A DNA stretch of 64,000 nucleotides from Candidatus Thorarchaeota archaeon (GTDB lineage: Archaea; Asgardarchaeota; Thorarchaeia; Thorarchaeales; Thorarchaeaceae). The notes beneath the pieces were generated by a model. The model made no database searches. It was not told where the DNA came from and was given only the letters and a program-made list of their open reading frames with translations. Positions 17,824-27,200 of this stretch are shown in pieces. Positions within the stretch are counted from its first letter, which is position 1; every line of letters starts with the position of its first letter. The stretch spans positions 201,020-265,019 of the forward strand of contig JAFGAR010000081.1 in assembly GCA_016933575.1 (NCBI GenBank). Direction: 5' to 3'. Made by a program: the position numbers and the translations under genes.

Positions 17824-18879
17824 GAATCGTATAACAATTGCATCATTCGGACAGTGGCTCTTGCATTCAAGGCACATGATACAGTCAGGGCTATGCATGT
17901 GCTGATATGGAAATCTTCGAATTCTAATGTTCATTGGACAGACAACCTCACAGACATTACATGTATCTGGGGTACAACGTGCTGGGTTTCTTCCAATTCC
18001 TATCAATGCCTCACGAGAGAATACACTATAGAGCCATCCTGCTGGACAGATCCATCTACAAAACCATCTGGGTATCCAGAAAGACACGATGAATACGAAT
18101 ATCACGAAGGCTAGTTGAAGGAGTACAAAGCCCCATTGGGTGATATACCAAAGGGTTGCCAGGCTTGTTGGCCACAATCCTGTTGTCTGGTCTGGAAATA
18201 TCTCAAAGAGAATAGTTGCAGGATTGAATGGTGCAAATGCATCATTTGCAAAGGCTCCCAAGGTTGCCTCGAGGGCTGCTTCCGTGCCAGTTGCCTTAGC
18301 AAATCCATACCAGACAGCTAGTCCAACGACAATCACAAAGATGTAGATTTTGATTTTGCGTAGGTCCTGTTCAGTATTTGGGGCTGGTCTGACTTTCGTG
18401 CGCTTTGGTAAGGTGACAAAGTCCTGGATGGTTCCGATTGGACATATCCATCCACAGGGTGCCCGTCCAACGAAAATCAAGATAATAATCATAGCACCGA
18501 TGGTGAAGAAAGGAAATGCTCCTGAAGTGAATGTCCGTTGCATTACATCGAACGAACCTGCTATTACACCAAATGGTGCCTCCAAAGGAGCAATGATTGG
18601 TAAGGTTGGCAGGAGATCCCTAAATCCTGTCCAGAACGCTGTGATATAATCTGCACCGAACCATGCGGTGAAAATGTAGGCATTGATACCTATGAAGAAG
18701 AAAATCTGGACTACTCGACGAAGCATTCTCAAATTGAATATGAAGCCAAGAGGATTGCTTCTGACCTTCTTTACTTTCTCTTTGTCCTTCTCTTTGACTG
18801 GTTCTTCAACCAATTCTTCTGGCTCAAGAAGTTCTTCTTCCTCGCCAGTGTCTTCTAGCCTCTCGGCATCTTCTGCCAT
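17818..18879 (-). CDS. NapH/MauN-like membrane 4Fe-4S protein
   Basis: GRAPCGWICPIG, RWFCRWICPAG, two ferredoxin motifs, TM helices. Confidence 0.85.
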   Translation of the reverse strand: MAEDAERLEDTGEEEELLEPEELVEEPVKEKDKEKVKKVRSNPLGFIFNLRMLRRVVQIFFFIGINAYIFTAWFGADYITAFWTGFRDLLPTLPIIAPLEAPFGVIAGSFDVMQRTFTSGAFPFFTIGAMIIILIFVGRAPCGWICPIGTIQDFVTLPKRTKVRPAPNTEQDLRKIKIYIFVIVVGLAVWYGFAKATGTEAALEATLGAFANDAFAPFNPATILFEIFPDQTTGLWPTSLATLWYITQWGFVLLQLAFVIFVFIVSFWIPRWFCRWICPAGWLYSVFSREALIGIGRNPARCTPDTCNVCEVVCPMNIRIRRFPYQHMHSPDCIMCLECKSHCPNDAIVIRFS

Positions 18880-18990
18880 GAATTCATTCCTCGCCTGGAG
18901 CGCTGATGACGGCGAAAACTTGCGCCTGATTAAAAACGTTATGCTGGATTGAAAGAGCTTGGTTTGCATACAAATAATTGTCTATGCGGG

Positions 18991-19410
18991 TCAAATGAGG
19001 CTGTAAGTGATATAAATCACGTTTGATTCCAATGTAAAGGTCATGTTGTAATTTCCGGATTCAGTTGGTGGGCTAATTACGATTGGATGTAAGAACGTTT
19101 CAGACCAGATTGCATTACTTGCTGGAGGGTCCACTCCTAGATTCAGAGTTATGATTAGAGTGTAATCACTATCCGTCGTTATACTGATTCCTGCAGGTAG
19201 ATAGACCTGGATTGACCGGCTATCATACTCTCCCACGTCAACTTGTCGTGTAGCATTGAATATCTGTTGTGCAGCGAGCTCTCCTTCTTGCAGGTGTTGG
19301 GTCGTTGCCATTGTGTCAATTGCGTAGAGTAGCACCGGAACCCCAATAATCACTGCTGTTGAGAGTCCCACAGCAATCAGCATCATTTTTTCCAGAGACC
19401 GTGATACCAT
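18991..19410 (-). CDS. Pilin-like small membrane-anchored protein
   Basis: N-terminal SRSLE followed by a hydrophobic helix and a beta-rich tail. Confidence 0.5.
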   Translation of the reverse strand: MVSRSLEKMMLIAVGLSTAVIIGVPVLLYAIDTMATTQHLQEGELAAQQIFNATRQVDVGEYDSRSIQVYLPAGISITTDSDYTLIITLNLGVDPPASNAIWSETFLHPIVISPPTESGNYNMTFTLESNVIYITYSLI

Positions 19411-19497
19411 ATTTTTCTATCCGACACTCTCCCACATAAACTACTCTGAAACTAAAACAGCAGCGAGCAAGATTTTATCTTTGGTTCTACCAGTTGT

Positions 19498-20907
19498 GTG
19501 AGTGGCGATATTATGGATGCTCTAGTTCCAATTCATATTGGTCTCATGGGTCATATCGACCATGGTAAGACCGCTCTAGCTAGAGCATTGAGTGAAAGGG
19601 TCTCTACAGCTGGACTCGATAAACATCCACAGGCAATTCAGCGTGGTATCACAATAGACCTCGGATTCACGATGTTCATACTCGACAAGTACCTTGTGAC
19701 CCTTGTTGATTCACCAGGTCATGCAGATCTAATACAGAGTGTCGTTGCAGGGGCGAATATCATTGATTCCGCTATCCTTGTTGTGGCCGCTGATGAAGGA
19801 CCAAAGATACAGACTGGTGAACATCTCATAGTTCTTCGATCTATGGGTATCACATCAATTGTCGTGGTCATTAGTAAGATAGATCTTGTCACAGAAAAAC
19901 AGGTGCAAGATGTAGAGAACAGAATGCGATCAATAGTTCGTGATGTGGGCATTCAGACAGTCGAATACGTACATCTCTCCGCCAATGAAAAGAAGGGTAT
20001 CGATGAACTTCGGGATGCGATTCTCCGGATTATCACTCCTAGAGAACGAGTCACGAAAGGAACCTTACTAATGCCAATTGACCATGCGTTTCCCGTAAAA
20101 GGTCATGGTACTGTTGTCACAGGAACTATCCTTAGAGGGCATTTGAGCATCAATGATCAAGTGGAGCTTGTTCCTTCTGGCGCAAGAGGAAGGGTACGTT
20201 CAATTCAGACATTCAGCGAAAATAGAGCACTTGTGCAAGCAGGTGACCGTGTTGGTATTAATGTCCCTGAATTCATCCCTTCTGAAATAACACGTGGCGA
20301 CTACATATGTGCTCCTGGGACCATATCATCCTCTGACAAGGTCATTGTTCAAATCCGAATCAATCCTCTCTATAGAGGTCGTATCACAAAGAGAATGACA
20401 GTGAATGCAGCGATTGGGATGCCAATATCAACTGCACAGATTTTCCCTTTCATCGAACAGGACTCGTTGAGAGTCATCGTGGATGCTGTCGATACTGAGG
20501 ACTTCAAAGCAGCCTTGGTCCTTCAACGCCCAGTGGCTATAGATAAAGATGCAAAGATCCTGCTTCTCCGTACTGATCTGCCACCAACACAGATGAGAGT
20601 CATTGGCTCAGGATCCATAATTGAAATTCCACATGACGTTACACTCAACAAGAAGAAACTGAGAATCGGTAGAGTACAACGGATACGCGATGAAGATGTT
20701 CTTGTTGAGGGTCTTGCCTCTACAAAAAAAGTGGCTGAGGCTCTGATAAATGCAAGAGTCCAATCATCTGGAGGAGCGGAGGGTATTGTTAAGAGTCCAT
20801 TCGGAACACGAGGAGTTGTGTCTGTGATATTTAGCACTCCCGTTCGAGAGTCTGAAGATATCTACTATGAACGGTTTATCGAGGAGGAATACAGATTTGG
20901 ACAATGA
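19498..20907 (+). CDS. selB: Selenocysteine-specific elongation factor (SelB/EFSec)
   Basis: GHIDHGKT, RGITIDLGF, DSPGH, SKID; EFSec-like domain IV (FGTRG); Sec-cluster context. Confidence 0.93.
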   Translation: MSGDIMDALVPIHIGLMGHIDHGKTALARALSERVSTAGLDKHPQAIQRGITIDLGFTMFILDKYLVTLVDSPGHADLIQSVVAGANIIDSAILVVAADEGPKIQTGEHLIVLRSMGITSIVVVISKIDLVTEKQVQDVENRMRSIVRDVGIQTVEYVHLSANEKKGIDELRDAILRIITPRERVTKGTLLMPIDHAFPVKGHGTVVTGTILRGHLSINDQVELVPSGARGRVRSIQTFSENRALVQAGDRVGINVPEFIPSEITRGDYICAPGTISSSDKVIVQIRINPLYRGRITKRMTVNAAIGMPISTAQIFPFIEQDSLRVIVDAVDTEDFKAALVLQRPVAIDKDAKILLLRTDLPPTQMRVIGSGSIIEIPHDVTLNKKKLRIGRVQRIRDEDVLVEGLASTKKVAEALINARVQSSGGAEGIVKSPFGTRGVVSVIFSTPVRESEDIYYERFIEEEYRFGQ

Positions 20908-22219
20908 TGAGATTGAACGAGTTCTGGACAGAATCATCCCTGAGAGTATGACTCGTCGTGGTCATACAGCAATTGACGCCTTCACTGCTCCTATTAGGGA
21001 CGTTCTAAATCGGAGAATCTTTCCGGATGTCGCCTTGACAGACGACCAACTGAGATTGATGATCCAGATTCTCTCATCAATGGACACTGACAAAGATCCA
21101 AAGGCTGCAAGAGTTGGTGAAAGAGAGGCCCGTATTGCCTCTCCATTCATTGGTAGTCTATCTGCGGGATTCAATCATGGTATTGGAAGAAGTGGTCAAC
21201 TCACAGCACCTCAACCAAAGGCTGTAGGTGCGTCTCTTATGCAACAAGTAGCAAACAATGTTGCACTTGATGCTATTCGAAAGTTAGGCCTTAGTAATAC
21301 TCAAGCTGGTCTGGTCACTCCCCTGTCAACTGGAATGACAATTGCCTTAGTATTAAGTGCGCTCCGTAGGGAATTGGGTATCAAGACAGTTCTCTATCCT
21401 CGAATTGATCATATCTCTCCTCAGCGAGGAATATCTCTGACAGGTCTGATCGAACTCCCTGTCTTGACAACAATACGTGGCGATGCTGTCAATACAGATC
21501 TGAGTGATCTTGAGAAAAAAATATCCAAGAATGAGTCCTGTGCAGTCCTCTCAACAACAACTTTCTTTCCTCCTCGAGAAGCAGATCCAGTGAAGGATAT
21601 AGCAAAACTCTGCTCTGCTAATGACATTCCATTCATAATTAACAATGCGTATGGTGTTCAATCAGAAGCAACTATGAGTCTGATCCGATCTGCAATAGAC
21701 GCAGGTCGTGTGGATGCCGTAATCCAAAGTAGTGACAAGAACTTCATGGCGCCTGTTGGGGGATCTATTGTTGTGTCTCCCAATCAGGAGACAATCAATT
21801 GGATAGCTGACTCATATGCAGGTCGTGCGACAGCGGCACCGGTTGTGCAGACACTCGCAGCACTATTGGCTCTTGGTTTAGAACGGTACAAAGAACTACA
21901 AGGTCAACAAATTATCAATCATGCCTTCTTAAAAGAAAAGATGCAGGATATTGCCAATAAGCTTGGACAACGAGTGCTTGAAGTTGAAAATCATATTGCT
22001 GTAGCCATTACGATGGATGGTCTGAATGTCCGTGATATTGGCGCAAGACTGTATAATGCTAGGGTCACAGGACCTCGAGCAGTTGAGAAGGGAGCCTTTG
22101 GTTCGTCTGTTGACGACTACCCCCATAGCTATTTTGTCATGAATGCTGCAATTGGAGCAAGTCATGGTGATGTAGAAACAGCGACAACGAAGTTCTATAA
22201 GGAAGCAATCAATAGATAA
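20897..22219 (+). CDS. spcS: O-phosphoseryl-tRNA(Sec):selenocysteinyl-tRNA synthase (SepSecS)
   Basis: VGEREAR, HGIGRSG..APQPKAVG, NNAYGVQ, QSSDKNF (PLP Lys); TTG start after GAGGAGG. Confidence 0.95.
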   Translation: MDNDEIERVLDRIIPESMTRRGHTAIDAFTAPIRDVLNRRIFPDVALTDDQLRLMIQILSSMDTDKDPKAARVGEREARIASPFIGSLSAGFNHGIGRSGQLTAPQPKAVGASLMQQVANNVALDAIRKLGLSNTQAGLVTPLSTGMTIALVLSALRRELGIKTVLYPRIDHISPQRGISLTGLIELPVLTTIRGDAVNTDLSDLEKKISKNESCAVLSTTTFFPPREADPVKDIAKLCSANDIPFIINNAYGVQSEATMSLIRSAIDAGRVDAVIQSSDKNFMAPVGGSIVVSPNQETINWIADSYAGRATAAPVVQTLAALLALGLERYKELQGQQIINHAFLKEKMQDIANKLGQRVLEVENHIAVAITMDGLNVRDIGARLYNARVTGPRAVEKGAFGSSVDDYPHSYFVMNAAIGASHGDVETATTKFYKEAINR

Positions 22220-22245
22220 CAAGTCCTTGAGGGAGGGCTAGACAC

Positions 22246-22899
22246 GTGGATAAAACAGATGAAATGGTTGAGGTCTCTCAAATCCAGAAATACCTGTCTG
22301 AAGATTCTGCTACGGTCTTCAGAATCACTTGGTATGAGATCGCATCTAAACCCAATGTTCTTCTTGAGGAATATAATGAGGCTGAGAGTCAGGTATTCCA
22401 AGGTACTGCTCGATTCTCCTTGCAAATTGGCGGTGAGAAGGCCTTTGCTAGTGTCTTAGTAGATGGTAGCCAGTCCTCTACTGAGATACGAGCTCAAGGA
22501 AAGGATGAGGTTGCTCTCAAAATCTATCTGGACGCACTAATGGAATCATTAAAGGACGCTCTTGGAAAATATGAATCTCTTCCAGAAGAGGACCGGGCGA
22601 AGGTGAAGAGGGCACTGGTCGCGAAGACCTGTTGGGATAGAATGGTCAGAAAGATACTGAACAAAGAATCACTAGGTGCAGTCTACTACCAAGTTGCTCA
22701 TGGTCGAGAGATGTTCATCAAGGCTACTGAGGGTGAGAGTGGTGCGCACCCTGTTGCTCTCACAACATCTGCCTGGCTCTCTCGAATAGAGTCTCTTCCT
22801 CATGAAGAACCTATTCCCGGCAATATTGCCACAGAGCTTGCAAAGAAGAGTGTTGAATGGAAACGTGGAACCCAGGAAGTCATAGGCCGTTACATTTAG
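22246..22899 (+). CDS. Hypothetical protein inside the Sec cluster
   Basis: 217-aa ORF between SepSecS and tRNA-Sec, GGGAGGG upstream. Confidence 0.75.
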   Translation: MDKTDEMVEVSQIQKYLSEDSATVFRITWYEIASKPNVLLEEYNEAESQVFQGTARFSLQIGGEKAFASVLVDGSQSSTEIRAQGKDEVALKIYLDALMESLKDALGKYESLPEEDRAKVKRALVAKTCWDRMVRKILNKESLGAVYYQVAHGREMFIKATEGESGAHPVALTTSAWLSRIESLPHEEPIPGNIATELAKKSVEWKRGTQEVIGRYI

Positions 22900-22943
22900 A
22901 TTCGTTTTCATTTTGGTCTGAGTACTGCATTGGGTCTAATTTT

Positions 22944-23034
22944 GGCCTCCTACAGAAACGGTGGTCCGGTTCCGCGGGCTTCAAACCCGTGATCGTGCAA
23001 GCGATGAGAGTTCGATTCTCTTAGGAGGCCGCCA
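22944..23034 (+). tRNA. selC: tRNA-Sec (anticodon UCA), 9/4 fold, encoded CCA
   Basis: 9-bp acceptor GGCCTCCTA/TAGGAGGCC; 7-position D stem (one mismatch) with TGGT loop; anticodon arm CGCGGG-CTTCAAA-CCCGTG (TCA at 22981-83); variable arm ATCGT-GCAA-GCGAT; 4-bp T stem AGAG-TTCGATT-CTCT; G discriminator + CCA. Confidence 0.96.
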
Positions 23035-23784
23035 TCATAATAACTTCGAGAGATCTGCCCAGAGTATTTTCCGAATTCCTCTTACAGGTATCCTGCTCTC
23101 ACTTGCTCTTCCAAGAATACTGCGGCGGATAATTGATACTTCCCTATTCCCTCTTAGTTCAGGATATTTCTCTAAAAACTCTGATACTATCAATCGTGTT
23201 TCCACGTCCAGCCTCTCGTACTCAGTGCTAGTCACCAATCTTGGTCTAGGTCTTGTGGCAGGTTCTAATTCCTCAAGCACCCCTAAGAAATCATCCACAG
23301 CATGACCGAGTTCGTCTTTCTCCATATCCACTTCCAAGTCTGAATTATCCCAGAGATAACGCCTCCCAGGGTTGTCAAATCTCTCTGAGATATCCTCAAT
23401 GACACTATCCGGAATCGGTGTGTTAGGTCTCTCTCTGTTCCATCGTAGAGAGGTGGTTACCGGTGTAGTTACATGAATAATTACGAATCCACACCTGTTC
23501 TCTACAGCAATCTCAAACAACTCGTGTCTCATACTTGTGTAATAGTTCGTATCATCATGAATTACATTCTTACCTTCTATAATCAGTTGTCTGACCCTTG
23601 CTAATGCTCTCTCTCTGACAATTCCTTCCTTCTCGGGTTTCCAATCAGTATAATACGAGCTATCACGCCACTCATCGGTTCTCACAATCTCTACGTTGAA
23701 CTCCAAAGCCCGTTGGATGGCATCAGCAAGGGTTGATTTTCCAGAAGATGGTAGTCCACAGAGAGCCAAGATGAACTGGGTCAT
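23035..23784 (-). CDS. pstK: L-seryl-tRNA(Sec) kinase
   Basis: GLPSSGKST, DDTNYYTSMRHEL, WNRER, RYLWD; adjacent to tRNA-Sec. Confidence 0.92.
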   Translation of the reverse strand: MTQFILALCGLPSSGKSTLADAIQRALEFNVEIVRTDEWRDSSYYTDWKPEKEGIVRERALARVRQLIIEGKNVIHDDTNYYTSMRHELFEIAVENRCGFVIIHVTTPVTTSLRWNRERPNTPIPDSVIEDISERFDNPGRRYLWDNSDLEVDMEKDELGHAVDDFLGVLEELEPATRPRPRLVTSTEYERLDVETRLIVSEFLEKYPELRGNREVSIIRRSILGRASESRIPVRGIRKILWADLSKLL

Positions 23785-23866
23785 GATAATGTGAAAGAAG
23801 GATTTGCAACAAATGAATTTAGTGGATAGAAAAAGAGAGATGAGTGATTGGGAAAATACCCAACCA

Positions 23867-24820
23867 CTATGGTTTGATTGTAATCTTTAGGCTGTTTGCT
23901 AGGTCCTTGTAACGATTGCGCACTGTGACTTCTGTTACATTTGATGCTTCAGCAATCTCTCTTTGTGTGCGTCTATCATCCTCAATGATCCCTGCAATAT
24001 AGAGGGCCGCTGCAGCAAGACCGCCTGGGTCTTTTCCTGCTGTGATACCTCTGTCTCTAGCCTCATTGATGATATTCATTGCAGTCTGTACAGTCTTTCC
24101 ATCAAGATTGAGATCTGCTGAAATTCTTGGCATGAGGTCGTTTGCTGATGGTATTGGTACTTTTACATCGACATTTCGTAGGATGAGTCGTACACACTGA
24201 CCAAGTTCCTTCCTGTTAACCCTCGCCTCAGTAACGATCTCATCGAGTTGTCTAGGAATCTTGTGTATTCTGCAGGAGAGATAGATGGTTGCAGCTACCA
24301 TTCCCTCAATACTTCTGCCTCGGACAAGACGTCTGCTGAGAGCCTTTCGATAGATGAGTGCGGCTGTCTCCTTGGTCTCATGAGGAACTCCTAGCTGTGA
24401 TGTGAGTCTGTCCATCTCTGACATAGCAATGCTAAGGTTCCTGTGCTGAGAGCTATGAACAAGAGTTCTAATCTGCCACTTTCTCATTCGGTAAATAGCG
24501 GCTCTACTATTGGCTGCGATTGCACGTCCATTTGCATCTCTGTCGCTCCAGCCTATAGTTGTTGCAAGGCCCTTGTCAGCCATAGTCAAGGTCATTGGAG
24601 AACCTGTTCTAGCCCTTGCATTACGTTCTTCAGCAGTAAATGCTCGCCATTCAGGACCTGAGTCCATAACACGTTCGCTCATCACGCATCCACATGAGGT
24701 ACAAATATTCTCACCGCGAGTGAGGTCCTCATAGAATTCGCTGCCGCCACATACTGAACAGATAATCATCCCTTTCCGTCTATCAGCTGCAGCTCGTACT
24801 GGTCTTGCCATTTGTGTCAC
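23867..24820 (-). CDS. tfb: Transcription initiation factor IIB (paralog 2)
   Basis: CSVC/CTSCG, GPEWRAF, GKDPGGLAAAALY, VTEVTVRNRYK. Confidence 0.95.
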   Translation of the reverse strand: MTQMARPVRAAADRRKGMIICSVCGGSEFYEDLTRGENICTSCGCVMSERVMDSGPEWRAFTAEERNARARTGSPMTLTMADKGLATTIGWSDRDANGRAIAANSRAAIYRMRKWQIRTLVHSSQHRNLSIAMSEMDRLTSQLGVPHETKETAALIYRKALSRRLVRGRSIEGMVAATIYLSCRIHKIPRQLDEIVTEARVNRKELGQCVRLILRNVDVKVPIPSANDLMPRISADLNLDGKTVQTAMNIINEARDRGITAGKDPGGLAAAALYIAGIIEDDRRTQREIAEASNVTEVTVRNRYKDLANSLKITIKP

Positions 24821-25010
24821 CTATCGTGTCCTTCTTGGAAGATAGCCGCGGATGTACTGTACAGTCACATATAAAATCGCAGCCCAAGGAGGATTCTTCC
24901 CCAAGCGCCGCTTGAAGTATATATAAGTCTAAGCATGAAAGAGCTATTGTACAATACATCTCATATTTCAAAGAAAACATATTATCCTCAATAGTATGTA
25001 TGTACTTTTT

Positions 25011-25346
25011 TCACTGTATGACTATTCTTCCTGACACATTGGATGAATCTTCAACAAGTCCATCGAGAATCATCCTCCTCAGATGTGAGTTGAAGTACTC
25101 TTCTAACTCCTTTTCTGATCTAAGAGTGATTCTCAGCTTAGTTGTCGCAATTGAGTTGATTACCTCAACCTTTGCATCTTGTCCTGACTCTCTGAGTCTC
25201 TCAACCTCTCTAAGAGCCATGCGTACCTCTTCCCATCCAATCATGTAATTCTCATTCAGATCCTTCATCTCTTGAAACACAGTTGCACTCCCACTATATT
25301 CTTTGAATCTAGATTCTCCGGTTTCAATATAATCTCCTACAAACAT
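25011..25346 (-). CDS. Hypothetical protein (start uncertain)
   Basis: ORF with a protein-like C-terminal part; the longer ORF-track start overlaps a long hairpin. Confidence 0.55.
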   Translation of the reverse strand: MFVGDYIETGESRFKEYSGSATVFQEMKDLNENYMIGWEEVRMALREVERLRESGQDAKVEVINSIATTKLRITLRSEKELEEYFNSHLRRMILDGLVEDSSNVSGRIVIQ

Positions 25347-25374
25347 AGAAGTGATTTGATGAAAAATAAGGGGC

Positions 25375-25454
25375 GAGGTGAACGTCCGACAGCGAAAGGA
25401 AGTCCAGCTGTGTGGGGGCAGCCGGATCAAGGAGATGTTCGGACGTTCGACCTC
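25375..25454 (-). ncRNA. Long intergenic hairpin, candidate structured RNA
   Basis: GAGGT(C)GAACGTCCGA pairs with TCGGACGTTCACCTC; inner stem TCCGGCTG/CAGCTGGA. Confidence 0.5.
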
Positions 25455-25470
25455 AGGAATAGTGATGTTT

Positions 25471-26043
25471 CTATTCCAGACAAGCCCACTGTTTTACGGT
25501 GGCTTCTGGAATTATGTGGATATTTTCATAATACTCATGACCATCATCTAAGACGGTTTTAGAGAGGGCTATCTTGAGTAGACCATTGTCCTTACCAAGC
25601 ATGTATCCCGCTATGTATTGTAGGGGAACTTGTGCCTTCTCTGCCTCTTCTTTGGTCATTGCACAGCATTCAACACCAGGACTTTCAAAGATGACCTCGA
25701 TTGTCTTATGGTCCTCACATGCAGGTTGTCTCTCAAGCTGCTTTGTTCTCTCCTTTATACTATCGTCACCACTCAGGGACTCAACCCTGCTGTGGTCGTA
25801 GTGAAAGGGATCTCCTGTGAGTCGATGAATAGCTGAAGTCATGTAAATGGTCTTTTCTGAGAATTCTGCTACTTTGTCGCTGCCACTGTCTACAAATCGT
25901 TTCTCATTGCTCTCTCCCACGAGATAACGAATCTTGTAGTGCTTAGCATCGACTTTCTTCTTATCGTCACCCTCCTTAACGGTGACCATTGTGTTTTCCC
26001 ACATCTCTACAGGTGTGAAAGGATTTTTTGTTGCTTCTGTCAT
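25471..26043 (-). CDS. Hypothetical protein
   Basis: 190-aa ORF with AGGTGA RBS. Confidence 0.75.
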   Translation of the reverse strand: MTEATKNPFTPVEMWENTMVTVKEGDDKKKVDAKHYKIRYLVGESNEKRFVDSGSDKVAEFSEKTIYMTSAIHRLTGDPFHYDHSRVESLSGDDSIKERTKQLERQPACEDHKTIEVIFESPGVECCAMTKEEAEKAQVPLQYIAGYMLGKDNGLLKIALSKTVLDDGHEYYENIHIIPEATVKQWACLE

Positions 26044-26158
26044 TTATTGTTCACCTGAAAAGGAACATTAATTAACTATTGTTATTTACACAATAGTTAA
26101 CTTATAAGGATTCTGTCTTAGGCTTATGACTGGTCTATGATGTTATGAGGAATATCTA

Positions 26159-26737
26159 ATGATTGAATACCTAGTGATTGTTCTGGCATCGACTATCTTT
26201 GGACTCCAACATAGTGGCGTGTCATCATTGAGAGTAAAGAGTAGGATTATCGATAGATGGGGGAAGACCGGATATGGTAAGATCTTCAACGCAACAAGCG
26301 TATTGACCCTTCTTATCGCATTTCTATCAATGAACTTCTGGAACTGGCTCTATTTCATTACAGAACCAAGTCTAGTGCAACCCCTCCTCTTTATTCTTGG
26401 CATCTTATTGGGCATCTTCGGTGTAATCGTTGCCATGAAGGCTTCTCAAGTGATCTCTGTTAGCACTGTAGCAGATATGCGTACTGATAGAAAGCCGGAG
26501 CTCATAACAGGAGGAATTTACGCTAGGGTACGACACCCACTCTATCTTGCAACAATTATGGTCTTTGGTGCAATGGCTTTGATTTATCCCTTCTTAGTAG
26601 TCATAGTCTTTGCACTCTCAATGATCTTCTACACAATGATTGGTGCGTACTTTGAGGAACGGAAACTTATGATCCAATATGGGACTGAATATGAAAAATA
26701 CAAGAAACATGCTGGATTCATCGTTCCAAAACTATGA
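26159..26737 (+). CDS. Isoprenylcysteine carboxylmethyltransferase / PEMT-like membrane protein
   Basis: LITGGIYARVRHPLY, FEERKL..YG.EY..Y. Confidence 0.88.
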   Translation: MIEYLVIVLASTIFGLQHSGVSSLRVKSRIIDRWGKTGYGKIFNATSVLTLLIAFLSMNFWNWLYFITEPSLVQPLLFILGILLGIFGVIVAMKASQVISVSTVADMRTDRKPELITGGIYARVRHPLYLATIMVFGAMALIYPFLVVIVFALSMIFYTMIGAYFEERKLMIQYGTEYEKYKKHAGFIVPKL

Positions 26738-26753
26738 TTGGTCTATGCGAGAT

Positions 26754-27200
26754 TTACTCCAGCATTTTTTGAATCTTAGACAAGTGTCTTGAGTGTTTCA
26801 CGGCCTTGTCTGAGACTTCATAGACCTGTCCCTTTTCAACGACATAGTGATGTGTCGTAATCTCAGGTGCGAAATGTCGTTTGATATCTTCGATGCTGTA
26901 GTGTAATTGAACACAGTGGGGGCTTCCATCAACAGTAAGTACAGTGACTTCTTTGATGCCCGAGTATTTCACAATGGAACCAATCTTGAATCCAGCCTGA
27001 TTAGCATGGGTCTCTTCTAGACAGACATGCAGTACAGCTTGACCTCCATCTCGTTCTGAGAATTCCTTGATGATGTCTGGATATCGGTCCATGCAACTGC
27101 CAATGAGTAGCAGTCTTCCCTTACTCCGAAGTCTCTGATCTCCAACATTGATTCTCATGAGATGATTCGGTTCACAGCCCTCTTCATTCACAATTACCAT
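26754..27200 (-). CDS. Putative Fe-S-binding protein
   Basis: LLIGSC, HVCLE, VDGSPHCVQLH. Confidence 0.65.
   Translation of the reverse strand: MVIVNEEGCEPNHLMRINVGDQRLRSKGRLLLIGSCMDRYPDIIKEFSERDGGQAVLHVCLEETHANQAGFKIGSIVKYSGIKEVTVLTVDGSPHCVQLHYSIEDIKRHFAPEITTHHYVVEKGQVYEVSDKAVKHSRHLSKIQKMLE

Noticed and set aside
22961-23305. 114-aa plus-strand ORF
   Set aside because: It overlaps tRNA-Sec and is antisense to pstK.
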